A stretch of DNA of 64,000 nt from Candidatus Poribacteria bacterium (GTDB lineage Bacteria > Poribacteria > WGA-4E > PCPOR2b): NCBI GenBank assembly GCA_965215015.1, contig OZ244042.1, forward strand, positions 2,848,001 through 2,912,000. The letters run 5' to 3'. The position numbers were made by a program, and so were the translations under genes. Shown one piece after another: positions 17,939 to 27,569 of this stretch; position 1 is the first letter of the stretch, and every line of letters starts with the position of its first letter. The notes under the pieces are model-generated. The model was given only the letters and a program-made list of their open reading frames with translations. It made no database searches and was not told the DNA's origin.

Positions 17939-18215
17939 AGCGATTATGTTCTACCGCATTGGGCAAAACGATAAGAAGATAGAAAAACTGGGCGAGACAT
18001 TCTTTCATGCCCTTGAACGGCTTGAAGATCGGATGGACAAGCGGTTCGTTGAAGTCATCGGCACCATGAATCAGCGATTGGACGAAACGAACAAGCGCAT
18101 TGATGATACCAATCAACGGTTTACTGAGATGAATCAGCGCCTATCAGACATAGAAGCAAGCATCCGACAACTTAACCAGAACCACATCGATCACTTAACA
18201 CAACATGACCCTTGA
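17865..18215 (+). CDS. Small N-terminal TM plus coiled-coil repeat protein
   Basis: GAAAGGA RBS; one TM helix, then heptad repeats MNQRLDE/TNKRIDD/TNQRFTE/MNQRLSD. Confidence 0.75.
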   Translation: MDFAGWSPSHLILVVFAIVAFIGHEAIMFYRIGQNDKKIEKLGETFFHALERLEDRMDKRFVEVIGTMNQRLDETNKRIDDTNQRFTEMNQRLSDIEASIRQLNQNHIDHLTQHDP

Positions 18216-18256
18216 GGATTTACAACCTCCCAAGGCATGATACCTTCGGATAGTTA

Positions 18257-19477
18257 TCAACTCTCCCAACTTGCGATAAATTCTTCGAGGCCGAAATTGA
18301 CAGGGATTTCATTAAAGCAGTAACGCATGGGTCCCGATTGGAAGCCGGGGAAAAAATGCTCTTCGTCCCTCTGAAGTTTGGCGTCAAGTGGCTTAAACCG
18401 TTTCCATAACCTCTCCGCCTCCTGCGGCGTAAAGCGATTCGCGAATTCGGGTCCCCAATTCAGCGTGGTCGGATGTGAACTCGTCCCTCGTCTACGAAGA
18501 TCTTCAGGTCCGTCCTCAAGATTCGGGTTCTGTCGCAGATTAATAAAGAAAGCCGCCTTGCACAAAAAGATAGTTGTCAGCATTTTGCCCTTTTCACCCC
18601 TTCCCGGATGTATCTCGTCCAGTGCAGCGTGGTAGGCAGGACCGTCTTTTTCAATCACGGCACGAAGTGCAGATTCGGTGTGGGCCTGCATCCGTTCGCT
18701 CCGTCTATCCCACCGTTTTAGTGTCGCTTGGGCTTCGGCGGATAGGTGTTTCGTGTAACTTAAGTCCTCATATTTCGTGAAGTTGCAAAAACCGCCGTGA
18801 ATGGTGCGCCGCAGCTTTGCACTGTAGTCGCTCCCCCAGTGGAGGATGGGGGTGATGTAGACCACACCATCGCCGGCATTGAGATATGTTTGGACGCCGC
18901 CGGGCAAAGGGACACGCGGATTTGCTAGCAACTGACGGTTCTCCTCTTCCGTGTTGATGCGTAAATGGCTGCCGGGCACGACCCACAATACATTATCATC
19001 GTAGAGCGGTATGTTCCACTGGACATATCTCGGTCCATTCTCTATGATGTCATCGATGTACCCCTGTAGTGGGGCGGTGTCAATGGGATGGATATCGCGG
19101 TGCCAGACAGCGGGACCCCGGTTGCGTACCGGGCTACACATCATCATCATTTCGGTAACGGCTGCATCCGGCTCTCCGATCAACTGGGTGCTGACACGCT
19201 GTGTGTTTTTGTGAAGCCAGATTTCTACTGTGTTCGCTGTCTGCCTATCGATCTGATCTAACAGGGGACGTTGATGTAATGCCAAGCGCGGTTGTGCTCC
19301 CGTCTCCCATACGCCGCCCGGCGGATCGTTTGGATTGCGGTCCCTTGCCCAAATCTCCCGCTGTCGATCGACCATTCGCTCATAACCGGCGCGTAAATCT
19401 TCCAACTCTACCGGTAGGATAACCTCACGTAGGATTAAATACCCATCTTCCATGAATTGTTCTCGATTGAATTGCAT
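18257..19477 (-). CDS. PhyH-family dioxygenase with a C-terminal helical extension
   Basis: FMEDGY, WHRD, VVPGSH and ILHWG; paralog of 27570..28772. Confidence 0.9.
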   Translation of the reverse strand: MQFNREQFMEDGYLILREVILPVELEDLRAGYERMVDRQREIWARDRNPNDPPGGVWETGAQPRLALHQRPLLDQIDRQTANTVEIWLHKNTQRVSTQLIGEPDAAVTEMMMMCSPVRNRGPAVWHRDIHPIDTAPLQGYIDDIIENGPRYVQWNIPLYDDNVLWVVPGSHLRINTEEENRQLLANPRVPLPGGVQTYLNAGDGVVYITPILHWGSDYSAKLRRTIHGGFCNFTKYEDLSYTKHLSAEAQATLKRWDRRSERMQAHTESALRAVIEKDGPAYHAALDEIHPGRGEKGKMLTTIFLCKAAFFINLRQNPNLEDGPEDLRRRGTSSHPTTLNWGPEFANRFTPQEAERLWKRFKPLDAKLQRDEEHFFPGFQSGPMRYCFNEIPVNFGLEEFIASWES

Positions 19478-19732
19478 TGGTGTGTCTCCTAATTGAAGGC
19501 GTTGAAAACGCTGGTCTCAGGTGTATAATTGCGAACGGGTTGCATATTACGTGAGAAAGAACCCTTCGTTACCCTCAGTCTACCGTGCATCAGTAGGTTG
19601 ATTTTCCAAAATCGAAACTACGGAGAACATTGCGCGATAGAATACCAGACACTATGGGACGACAATCCTGGCTCAATCGGCCCGGGGCATTACGCTATAG
19701 TCCGGATGTTTTGTCGAGATGTGAATCTTGAC

Positions 19733-20458
19733 CTACGAGCTACCTAGCAACCTGCGATAATATACCATCTCCATCCGCAAGCCTCGTTCATCAAACTCCG
19801 GTTCCTGCGGAATTGACGCGAGATTTTGTCCTCCCATTAGCCCGGTTACTGCGGCGGCCAGTGCATCAAGAATGTCGTCCCTCACTACATCCTTGCGCCT
19901 ATAGGTAGATAGTGTATGGGTGATAATATCAGCGGTCTGTGGATAAATTGAATGGAGGAGCTGCGTCCGTTCCGACAGTCCCTCACTCCGTTTTTTGGCG
20001 TGTAGCATCGGACTGCCCGCCAATCCCCAAAAGCAGAGTTCCGGATGGATTTCTCTGATGTGCGCTCTCGCGGAGGTATCGTCCGAAAGGAGGTAATCCG
20101 TCTCACGAATTTTTGGGATAATATTCCAGTTTTCAACGGACAACCGTTTGCCTGTCAACCGTTGGTTGATATCGCAAGCTTCCTGATATGATGATGTATA
20201 GATTGCCTGCCGGCACGGCGCAGGAAATACACTCGACCGCCTCGGTCCGAGCAGTTTTCGGGCTTCCGGGTCACACCGACGTTCAGCCCTGCCATCAGTC
20301 CTCAAGCCGATAGGAATGTCAATCAGTATCAAGGAGGCCCGTCGGTGATGATCCCAAAGACTATACATATCTGGAAAAATATTGACCTGCCAGCTAGCCT
20401 CCATTTCCAACCCGATGGCGAGCCAGCCCGCCCTGCAACCATCCACACCAACGAACAT
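19733..20458 (-). CDS. DUF429-family (RNase H-like nuclease fold) protein
   Basis: VGVDGCRAGW, IDIPIGL, REIHPELCF and DDILDALAAA motifs. Confidence 0.85.
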   Translation of the reverse strand: MFVGVDGCRAGWLAIGLEMEASWQVNIFPDMYSLWDHHRRASLILIDIPIGLRTDGRAERRCDPEARKLLGPRRSSVFPAPCRQAIYTSSYQEACDINQRLTGKRLSVENWNIIPKIRETDYLLSDDTSARAHIREIHPELCFWGLAGSPMLHAKKRSEGLSERTQLLHSIYPQTADIITHTLSTYRRKDVVRDDILDALAAAVTGLMGGQNLASIPQEPEFDERGLRMEMVYYRRLLGSS

Positions 20459-20465
20459 CTCTACT

Positions 20466-21197
20466 CTACGCTCCTAGCTGACTTGCCAAATCATTGAAAT
20501 CGTTCACCACAACATCAAAGGAGGTATCGTGTTCTAAATCTCGGTTACGGTGCGGTCCGTATTCTTCGGGTCGAGGCACAAATCCGGTCTTAAACCCAAC
20601 AGCCGCCGAAGCGAGCAAATCGCCGGGGTGTGCGGCGACCATCATAATTTGGTTCGGTGGAAGGCCCAGCAAGTCGGCAGCGGTTTGATATACCTCCGGA
20701 TCTGGTTTGTAATGCTTTGCCAACTCCGAGGATAGAATACAGTCCCACGGCAGCCCGGCGTGTTTCGCCATGTTGGTAAGCAAGGCGATATTGCCGTTGG
20801 AAAGGGGTGCGACAATAAATCGCTCACGCAATCGCCGGAGGCCGCTGATGGCGTCGGGCCAGGGAACGAGGCGATGCCACACGCGATTCAGGTGGTCCTT
20901 CTCCGCTTCGCTCATCCCCCCAATCTTGAACTCGTCAAGTAGCTCGTCCAGAATCATACGGTGCAGAGCATCTATGTTCAGCCACGGTAGTTCGCCCTTA
21001 CGGACGCGATTCATCGAGGGACCATATCCCCCTCGCCATTTGTCTGCAAACTGTGCCCAATCCACGTCAAGTCCGTGAGTTGCCTCAAACGCTTTACCTT
21101 CACGGATAATACTGCCGCGCCAGTCCACAACTGTACCGAATACATCAAATGTCAGTGCCTTGATCTCAAGGATCTCTGTTTCTTTATTATTTTTCAT
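20466..21197 (-). CDS. Haloacid dehalogenase, type II (HAD superfamily)
   Basis: FDVFGTVVDW, LSNGN, YKPDP and MVAAHPGDL motifs. Confidence 0.9.
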   Translation of the reverse strand: MKNNKETEILEIKALTFDVFGTVVDWRGSIIREGKAFEATHGLDVDWAQFADKWRGGYGPSMNRVRKGELPWLNIDALHRMILDELLDEFKIGGMSEAEKDHLNRVWHRLVPWPDAISGLRRLRERFIVAPLSNGNIALLTNMAKHAGLPWDCILSSELAKHYKPDPEVYQTAADLLGLPPNQIMMVAAHPGDLLASAAVGFKTGFVPRPEEYGPHRNRDLEHDTSFDVVVNDFNDLASQLGA

Positions 21198-21260
21198 AGA
21201 AACTTCTCCAGACAAACGAGGTTCGTTCGGTTGAGGCAGAGGTTTATCGAAAATTTACGT

Positions 21261-22262
21261 CTATCTAAGTGCTACCCCATCCGTTATGCCGCAACCGGCG
21301 AACAGTGTCCGCTGCACAGTCATATCATGCGCTAGGGTGTAATCCGGCTGTTTTTCCTCGCGAATGCAGGCGGCAAGTTCCCGCAGCAACGATCCAGAAC
21401 TTGACGACCGAGTGATGGTCACGTCCTGCGAACCAGCCGCATAGCCTTCGACCGCCGTTTCCAAACTGAGGTTGAGGTTATCCGATCCGATTGGCGTATG
21501 GATGGCGGTGCCCTTCGTGCCGTACACCTCAATACGGCGGGTTTTGCCGCTCTCGATGTGCATACCGGCGGTGTCGATCGTGCCGATTCCACTTTCAAAC
21601 TCATGGACGACGACTGCGTTATCCACCTCAGACCGACTGCCGTAGTGTCGTCCCAAGACGGGCTGCACCCCCTTTGGTTCTCCCATCATGATTACCATCA
21701 GGTCAGCCAGATGTCCTGCCATCTCGAAGTAAATCCCGCCGTGATAGACCTTGAACTCCTGGGCCAACTGTGGGTGCCACGATATCGGCTTAGGGATGTG
21801 TCCTCGATAGTAGAAAATATCGCCAAATGCCCCCGATTTAGCGAGCCGCAGCATTTCGTGAATGGCGGGATTGTAACGCCACATATACGCCATCTGAAGG
21901 CACAATCCCTTTCGCTCTGAGAGTTCGTGAATCCGCTGCAACTGTTCTATATTGACGCCCGCCGGTTTTTCGAGCAACACATGTTTTCCCGCTTCAAGTC
22001 CCTGCTCTGCATAGTCCAGATTCTGGTACACATGGCCTTCAACGATAACGGCCTGGGCGTCACTGTCCAACACCGCTTCAGTTGATGGAAAAATGGTTAG
22101 GTCAGGAAAGGATTCAGACCACTCCCCCTCTCTCCGCGCAACGACCTCCGGATCCGGGTCATAAAATCCAATGGGTTTGAATTCCTCCGGACGTTCTATT
22201 GCCTCGCGGATGTGCATACTGGCGTGGCTGTGCCATGCCCCCAAGTAAGCAAATTTTAACAT
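21261..22262 (-). CDS. Gfo/Idh/MocA family oxidoreductase
   Basis: AGKHVLLEKP and GGIYFEMAGHLAD motifs. Confidence 0.9.
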   Translation of the reverse strand: MLKFAYLGAWHSHASMHIREAIERPEEFKPIGFYDPDPEVVARREGEWSESFPDLTIFPSTEAVLDSDAQAVIVEGHVYQNLDYAEQGLEAGKHVLLEKPAGVNIEQLQRIHELSERKGLCLQMAYMWRYNPAIHEMLRLAKSGAFGDIFYYRGHIPKPISWHPQLAQEFKVYHGGIYFEMAGHLADLMVIMMGEPKGVQPVLGRHYGSRSEVDNAVVVHEFESGIGTIDTAGMHIESGKTRRIEVYGTKGTAIHTPIGSDNLNLSLETAVEGYAAGSQDVTITRSSSSGSLLRELAACIREEKQPDYTLAHDMTVQRTLFAGCGITDGVALR

Positions 22263-22350
22263 AGGTTATCTCCTCTCAGCGATGAACCTTCCGAGAAAAC
22301 TGCTAGCTAATTGTGCTTAGTTCAAAACCTTCGCACGGTTGAATACTTTT

Positions 22351-22400
22351 CACCGCAGAGATGCAGAGTTTCTTTTTGCATTTCTCTGCGCCTCTGTGGT
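22351..22400. repeat. CACCGCAGAG-type palindromic intergenic repeat
   Basis: caccgcagagatgcagag ... ctctgcgcctctgtggt imperfect inverted repeat. Confidence 0.6.
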
Positions 22401-22438
22401 TGGTTTTATCCCGTTTTCTGTCCTTCACATTTCACACA

Positions 22439-23764
22439 TTACGGCTTCGCCGGCTCGTATATTCGTGCCAGCACAGGATTGTCCGCAGGCTCCTTCCCAC
22501 CGTAGAACCACGTCAAGGGCAGCACCTTCAGCTTCTGATTGAAGCCCCCCTCCTTCTGACTGCTCAGAACCATCTCAGCGCGGGTCGGGTGTTCCTCATA
22601 AAACGAATAGGTGTGAGTGATGAGGACGCGGTCTTTCATCACAAACACAGACGGATACGACCAACGCCCGTGAAAATTGAAGGGGAGGATATGTTCTCGT
22701 TCTCGGTCTGGAGCAGGCAGCCCCGGGTCAAAGTTGTATTCCGCCGGACGAACAGGACGAATGGGTACTGGCTCAACCCGCGTTTCCTCGTGCATCGATT
22801 CCACATTTTGGAAAAACTCCCACACGCTGCCGCCATTACGGCTAATTGCAGCAGAGACCCGCGTCCGATTATAGCCCCGTTTAATTTCGTCTTCGCTCTC
22901 CTGGTTCCAGACCGCTAGGAGGTGTCCGTTGGGCAGCGTCCGGATTTGAGCGGGGGCTGTGGACGAAGCGAGGGAAGTCGGTTGTGGGCGTGTCCAGGTC
23001 TCCCCGTTGTCCTCCGACCACGCCTGAAAAACACGTCCCAGCCCATTCCGCATGAACATCAACAGTCGTCCCGGACTGACTTCCGTCACTGTTGGTTCGT
23101 TGGTATAGCTGAACGAGGCGTTCCAGTCCAGTAGGATAATCAGTTCCCCATCCCGATTGCACTGCCACGTCCGTCCATCGTCGTCCGAATAGTAAACGCA
23201 GGACGCGGAGAACCGGGGGTCGAAGAAGTGTGCAGCAGTGGACACCCATTGACCATTTACCAATTTCCCAGACGCAGGCGGTTTGACATCATTCGGTCCA
23301 GAGGCTTGCCCCAGTGAGATGTATACCGGCAGAACAATGCGTCCTGAGGAGGTGCGAAGTAGTACATCTTGATAGGCGTAGGTGGCGATTCCCGGCGGCG
23401 TTATGCGGACTGGTGGTTCCCAAGTCTCTCCTCCATCTTCTGATCGCCAGAAGATTAGATGGGTTTCCCGCCGCATATTCTCGGAAGAACCCTCAGAAGG
23501 TCTCCGCATGGCTGCCAGGCCGATGCCGCTACCGGACAACCGCACGAGCGAAGTTCCGCCGCCGCCCACCGGATTTCCCTCCGTATCGCCGCATGAGAAC
23601 GACCCAGACCATGTAATGCCGCCATCGTCGGATGTGTTGAATTTCATTCCAGCGGCATGCAGAATGCGCCCATCCTCCAGTCCCGTAAAGGTAGACGAAT
23701 GGAAGTATCTCGTTTCATGAATCGCCAATGCCTCTTCGGGGCGTGTCATCGGAACGTTGCTCAT
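22439..23764 (-). CDS. Exo-alpha-sialidase-family (BNR/Asp-box) protein
   Basis: Asp boxes SDDGGITW, SEDGGETW, SDDDGRTW, SEDNGETW and SRNGGSVW; SYPS. Confidence 0.9.
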   Translation of the reverse strand: MSNVPMTRPEEALAIHETRYFHSSTFTGLEDGRILHAAGMKFNTSDDGGITWSGSFSCGDTEGNPVGGGGTSLVRLSGSGIGLAAMRRPSEGSSENMRRETHLIFWRSEDGGETWEPPVRITPPGIATYAYQDVLLRTSSGRIVLPVYISLGQASGPNDVKPPASGKLVNGQWVSTAAHFFDPRFSASCVYYSDDDGRTWQCNRDGELIILLDWNASFSYTNEPTVTEVSPGRLLMFMRNGLGRVFQAWSEDNGETWTRPQPTSLASSTAPAQIRTLPNGHLLAVWNQESEDEIKRGYNRTRVSAAISRNGGSVWEFFQNVESMHEETRVEPVPIRPVRPAEYNFDPGLPAPDREREHILPFNFHGRWSYPSVFVMKDRVLITHTYSFYEEHPTRAEMVLSSQKEGGFNQKLKVLPLTWFYGGKEPADNPVLARIYEPAKP

Positions 23765-23865
23765 GGGTTTCTAACTCCTTTCTGTGGTTCTGTTGTGGTG
23801 TGCTGAGTACAGTGAAATTTCAAATTGTGGCCTATGGATATGATCTGTTTCCACCCTGTCTGCTT

Positions 23866-24663
23866 TCATGGTTTCGATCGCCGGAGGTACGGTGCCTCCA
23901 TTACTGCCCGCTGCTCCGGTGTCATATCCTCAATATAGTCAGGGTAGGTGATTTGATGCGCCCCTGCGCTGTATGCCTGAAATCCGGGACTGAATTTATA
24001 AAGCAGTGCCCGTCGCTGATGCTCAGCTTTCCACGGTAAAGTCCCATGGGTCAAAGTTTCACTGAAGATAATGGCATCGCCTGCTTCCGCATTGACTTCG
24101 AGCACATGCTCCTGATGTTTCTCCCACAACCTCATACTTTGGGGACAGGGAAGGTTTGCTTTATGACTACCCGGAACGACCGCTAATCCGCCATTTCCCG
24201 GACCTTCGTCCGCGAGCATATATTCGACGACCGTGAGTCCGGTGTAGATACGTCCATCTTTGAAGAAATAGGCTTCGGAAAAGTTCGGACGCTCAATGCC
24301 CCCGCCGTGCAACGTACCGCCCTCTGCCCCTCTGTCCATTGCAATCATCCCCGGTCCGTGATCCAACCGGTAGCCTTCCCCTAATATGCCGTCGAGATAG
24401 GGTTTGATCCGCGGGTGAATGAGAAATTGACGAAAAGGTTCGCACCACGGGTGTTCCCACGCCAGCATCCCGCCCAAATCCTTACGGCGGGATGCCCCTG
24501 ACAACGTTTTTGAACCGCCAGCCAGCGACCTGTCCATCTCTCTAAGTTGGTCAATGTGGTGGTCAATCGCTGCGTTACAACGCTCAATCTCTTTAGAAGT
24601 GAGCACGTCTTTAACAACAAGATAGCCTGTCAGATCAAATAGATAGCGTTCATCTTCGGTCAT
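23866..24663 (-). CDS. PhyH-family Fe/2OG oxygenase with HGG in place of HxD
   Basis: FDLTGYLVV, TLHGGG, VVPGSHK and LTHGT motifs. Confidence 0.88.
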   Translation of the reverse strand: MTEDERYLFDLTGYLVVKDVLTSKEIERCNAAIDHHIDQLREMDRSLAGGSKTLSGASRRKDLGGMLAWEHPWCEPFRQFLIHPRIKPYLDGILGEGYRLDHGPGMIAMDRGAEGGTLHGGGIERPNFSEAYFFKDGRIYTGLTVVEYMLADEGPGNGGLAVVPGSHKANLPCPQSMRLWEKHQEHVLEVNAEAGDAIIFSETLTHGTLPWKAEHQRRALLYKFSPGFQAYSAGAHQITYPDYIEDMTPEQRAVMEAPYLRRSKP

Positions 24664-24836
24664 CGTATGCCAACCTCCCTTGCTTATTACCAGGATTAAA
24701 GGGATTGAGCAGGATACAGCCCTTTAATCCCGGTCAACTCTCGATGTTGTTGGATCGCGCCAATCCTTACAACATTGCGGATTCACGATTCCGTAAGCGT
24801 TAGAGCAACACAACGGAATCGGAACCCTCTTGAAGC

Positions 24837-25481
24837 TTAACTATCTGCCGCCCATTGAACACCCTGGCCCATCAGTTTCTGCATGGCAGGTTGCTCAAAG
24901 GTGGCGGGACCGTGTCCCAGCGATGTGTAAAATACCCGTCCATCGCCATAGGATTTTGCCCATGCCATCGGGTGTTGTTTTTCCGCCCATTCCGCGGACG
25001 CGAGGATGTGGAGATAGGGGTCATAAGCGGACATATAAATCTCGTCCTCGACCTCAAAGTCCCCAACGCCCTGTGTAATCGGATGATTTGAATCGTCGAT
25101 ATTCACTGTGAAAGTCCCCCCCGGTGGATGCCAGTTGGCATGTCCACCGATAAGGTCAACGGCACGCCCTCCAATCCACCACGCCGTTCCGTGAATGCCG
25201 ACCAGTCCCTTTCCACCACTGATGAATTGAAAGAGACCGTCCTCCTGCTCAGTCGTGAGGTCTGGCTCCCGCTTGGGAGTGCCATCAGGTTGACTGACTG
25301 TACGAGTGAACCCGGTGCCGAATACACAGACATCAAATTCGTCCAGTTGAGACGATGCCAAGACCTCTTTATCATCCGTAAGTTCTACCGACATATCGCC
25401 TCGTGCCGCAAGGAAATCGTGGATGACGGACGCACTATCTGCAAACCGATGATTTGGGCCTGATAAAACCAAAACTTTCAA
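24837..25481 (-). CDS. ThuA-like (trehalose utilisation, GATase1-fold) protein
   Basis: GKGLVGIHG, HPITQG, DEIY and GRVFYTSLGH motifs. Confidence 0.88.
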   Translation of the reverse strand: MKVLVLSGPNHRFADSASVIHDFLAARGDMSVELTDDKEVLASSQLDEFDVCVFGTGFTRTVSQPDGTPKREPDLTTEQEDGLFQFISGGKGLVGIHGTAWWIGGRAVDLIGGHANWHPPGGTFTVNIDDSNHPITQGVGDFEVEDEIYMSAYDPYLHILASAEWAEKQHPMAWAKSYGDGRVFYTSLGHGPATFEQPAMQKLMGQGVQWAADS

Positions 25482-25727
25482 TGTGGGTGCCTCCTCTATT
25501 CCTTCTGTTTGTTGTTACGTTTCTGCGCATATTTGTAAGGCGCAGCTATGTTAAGCCTGTTGTCAGTATAGAAGAAAATAGAAGCCCTGTCAAGACAATT
25601 TTAGCTGCTTGTTTAGTACAGGAATCACAGGTTAGCAAAGCTGTGGCTACGAAGAGGTTGCCATTGTCGTATGCCAAAGTCTTACACAATTTTATATGTG
25701 GTTGCTTTGCTTCTATAAGAAGGAATA

Positions 25728-25756
25728 TTGATAACTTACGGCGTGTGTTGTATAAT
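25728..25756 (+). promoter_or_regulatory. Sigma70 promoter
   Basis: TTGATA-N17-TATAAT, 33 nt upstream of the ATG at 25790. Confidence 0.7.
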
Positions 25757-25789
25757 ACGCAAATATAACGATGTATAAAGGAGGCAAAC

Positions 25790-26548
25790 ATGGCACAAAA
25801 GAAAATACTGATTACCGGTATGAGCGGATTAATCGGTGGCATCGTGCGGGAGCACTTAGAGGAAACCTATGCTTTGAGCGCACTCAATCGCCGCTCAGTA
25901 GATGGAATCGAATGCCATCAGGCGGATATCGCTGACCTCGATGCGATACAACCCGCCTTCGAGGGAGTTGATGTGGTCGTGCATTTAGCAGCAAATGCAC
26001 GGGGCGGTGCGACGTGGGAAGATCTCTTGAGTCCCAATATCATTGGAACCTACAATGTTTTTGAAGCGTCCCGCCGGGCGGGCGTTAAGCGGGTTATCTA
26101 CGCTAGCAGCGGCTCAACGGTTAGCAATTGGGAGCGGGAGTTTCCTTACGATGCGCTTGCTGAAGGACGTTACGATGAGGTCCCCGAAACGTGGAAAAAG
26201 CTGGACCACAATTCGCTGACACGACCAAGCGGGCTTTATGGATGTACCAAGGTATTCGGCGAAGCGTTAGCTAGACATTTTACGGACGCTTGCGACATCT
26301 CAATAATCTGTTTGCGCATCGGTGCAGTCACTCGTGAAAACCGTCCAATGCACCCGCGTATGTTTTCCGTCTGGTGTAGCCATCGAGACATCGCACAGAT
26401 GGTCGAAAGGTGCATCGAGGCACCTGACAGCGTGGAGTTCGATATTTTCTTCGCCGTATCGGATAACAAATGGAGTTATCGCGACTTTTCACATGCCCGT
26501 GAGGTGGTTGGATTTGAGCCACAGGATGCAGCAGAGGCCCACCGTTAA
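25790..26548 (+). CDS. NAD-dependent epimerase/dehydratase (uronate dehydrogenase-like)
   Basis: ILITGMSGLIG and YGCTK; paralog of 4176..4994. Confidence 0.9.
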   Translation: MAQKKILITGMSGLIGGIVREHLEETYALSALNRRSVDGIECHQADIADLDAIQPAFEGVDVVVHLAANARGGATWEDLLSPNIIGTYNVFEASRRAGVKRVIYASSGSTVSNWEREFPYDALAEGRYDEVPETWKKLDHNSLTRPSGLYGCTKVFGEALARHFTDACDISIICLRIGAVTRENRPMHPRMFSVWCSHRDIAQMVERCIEAPDSVEFDIFFAVSDNKWSYRDFSHAREVVGFEPQDAAEAHR

Positions 26549-26571
26549 CCATGACTCGGAGGACAATTTTG

Positions 26572-27459
26572 ATGAACCAATCTATTGCTATCACCGAGGA
26601 ACAACGACAACAGTTTGATGAGGATGGGTTTATTCTAATTGAAGATGCCCTCAGTCCCACAGAGGTTGAGACGTTAATTGAAATAGTGGATGAGTTAAAT
26701 GGGCGGTATCGGAACGAAAAAGGAATTGGACCGGATGAACCGTTCCAGATTCGGAACGCCCTCGCGCACCATGAGGAATTGTTGCACTTGATCGATCACC
26801 CGATTTTGCTGCCGCTTGTAGTAGATGTTCTCGGCGTCAATATCCAGATTCGCACGTCACACCTCGATGTTCGTCCCCCCTGTCCGCCCGAATATGCAAC
26901 TCAGAAGCTGGGGGCAAAGGATAGCTTCTTCCCTTGGCACTCGGACGGCCCGAATTTTGGGTATCCGATGACCAACGGACAGGTGCCGTTTGTGGAGGTC
27001 AAGGTCGGTTACTATCTGACAGATCTGACGGAACACAACAGCGGCGCAATTTGTGTGGTGCGGGGCAGCCATAAGCTATCCCCGGCACTGATACATAAGG
27101 AGGGCTACGAGATCGATTCCGACCGAATCGTAGAGGTAAACGTCCGTCCCGGTACGGCGATGCTTTGGCGCACCGCGCTCTGGCACTGCGTCACCCCGAA
27201 TCTATCAAACTACGCTCGAAAGTGTTTGTACTACGGTTATCACTATCGTTGGATTCGTCCCGCCGACTACCTCCACCAAGCCCCGGACCTAATCGCTCGC
27301 TGTACACCGATTCAGCGGCAGCTACTCGGAGAATTGGGCGATGGCAAAGGGAACTACATGGGAGATGACCCTCAAGTGCATCCGATTTCCAGACATTGGC
27401 GTCCGGACGCTGATGATATTCCACTTCAAGCTTGGGCGGAAGCACAGATGAGTCAATAG
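26572..27459 (+). CDS. PhyH-family dioxygenase
   Basis: FDEDGF, WHSD, VVRGSH and LWHC motifs. Confidence 0.9.
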   Translation: MNQSIAITEEQRQQFDEDGFILIEDALSPTEVETLIEIVDELNGRYRNEKGIGPDEPFQIRNALAHHEELLHLIDHPILLPLVVDVLGVNIQIRTSHLDVRPPCPPEYATQKLGAKDSFFPWHSDGPNFGYPMTNGQVPFVEVKVGYYLTDLTEHNSGAICVVRGSHKLSPALIHKEGYEIDSDRIVEVNVRPGTAMLWRTALWHCVTPNLSNYARKCLYYGYHYRWIRPADYLHQAPDLIARCTPIQRQLLGELGDGKGNYMGDDPQVHPISRHWRPDADDIPLQAWAEAQMSQ

Positions 27460-27480
27460 CCCGTTTCGCTCCCGCGACTG

Positions 27481-27509
27481 TTGACAAATGTGGATGGTAC
27501 GCGTATAAT
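27481..27509 (+). promoter_or_regulatory. Perfect consensus sigma70 promoter
   Basis: TTGACA-N17-TATAAT upstream of 27570. Confidence 0.8.
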
Positions 27510-27569
27510 CTCGCGTGAAACCGTTGAGTTTTTTCTTACGAAACCCAAAACTTCCGATAAGGCACTATC

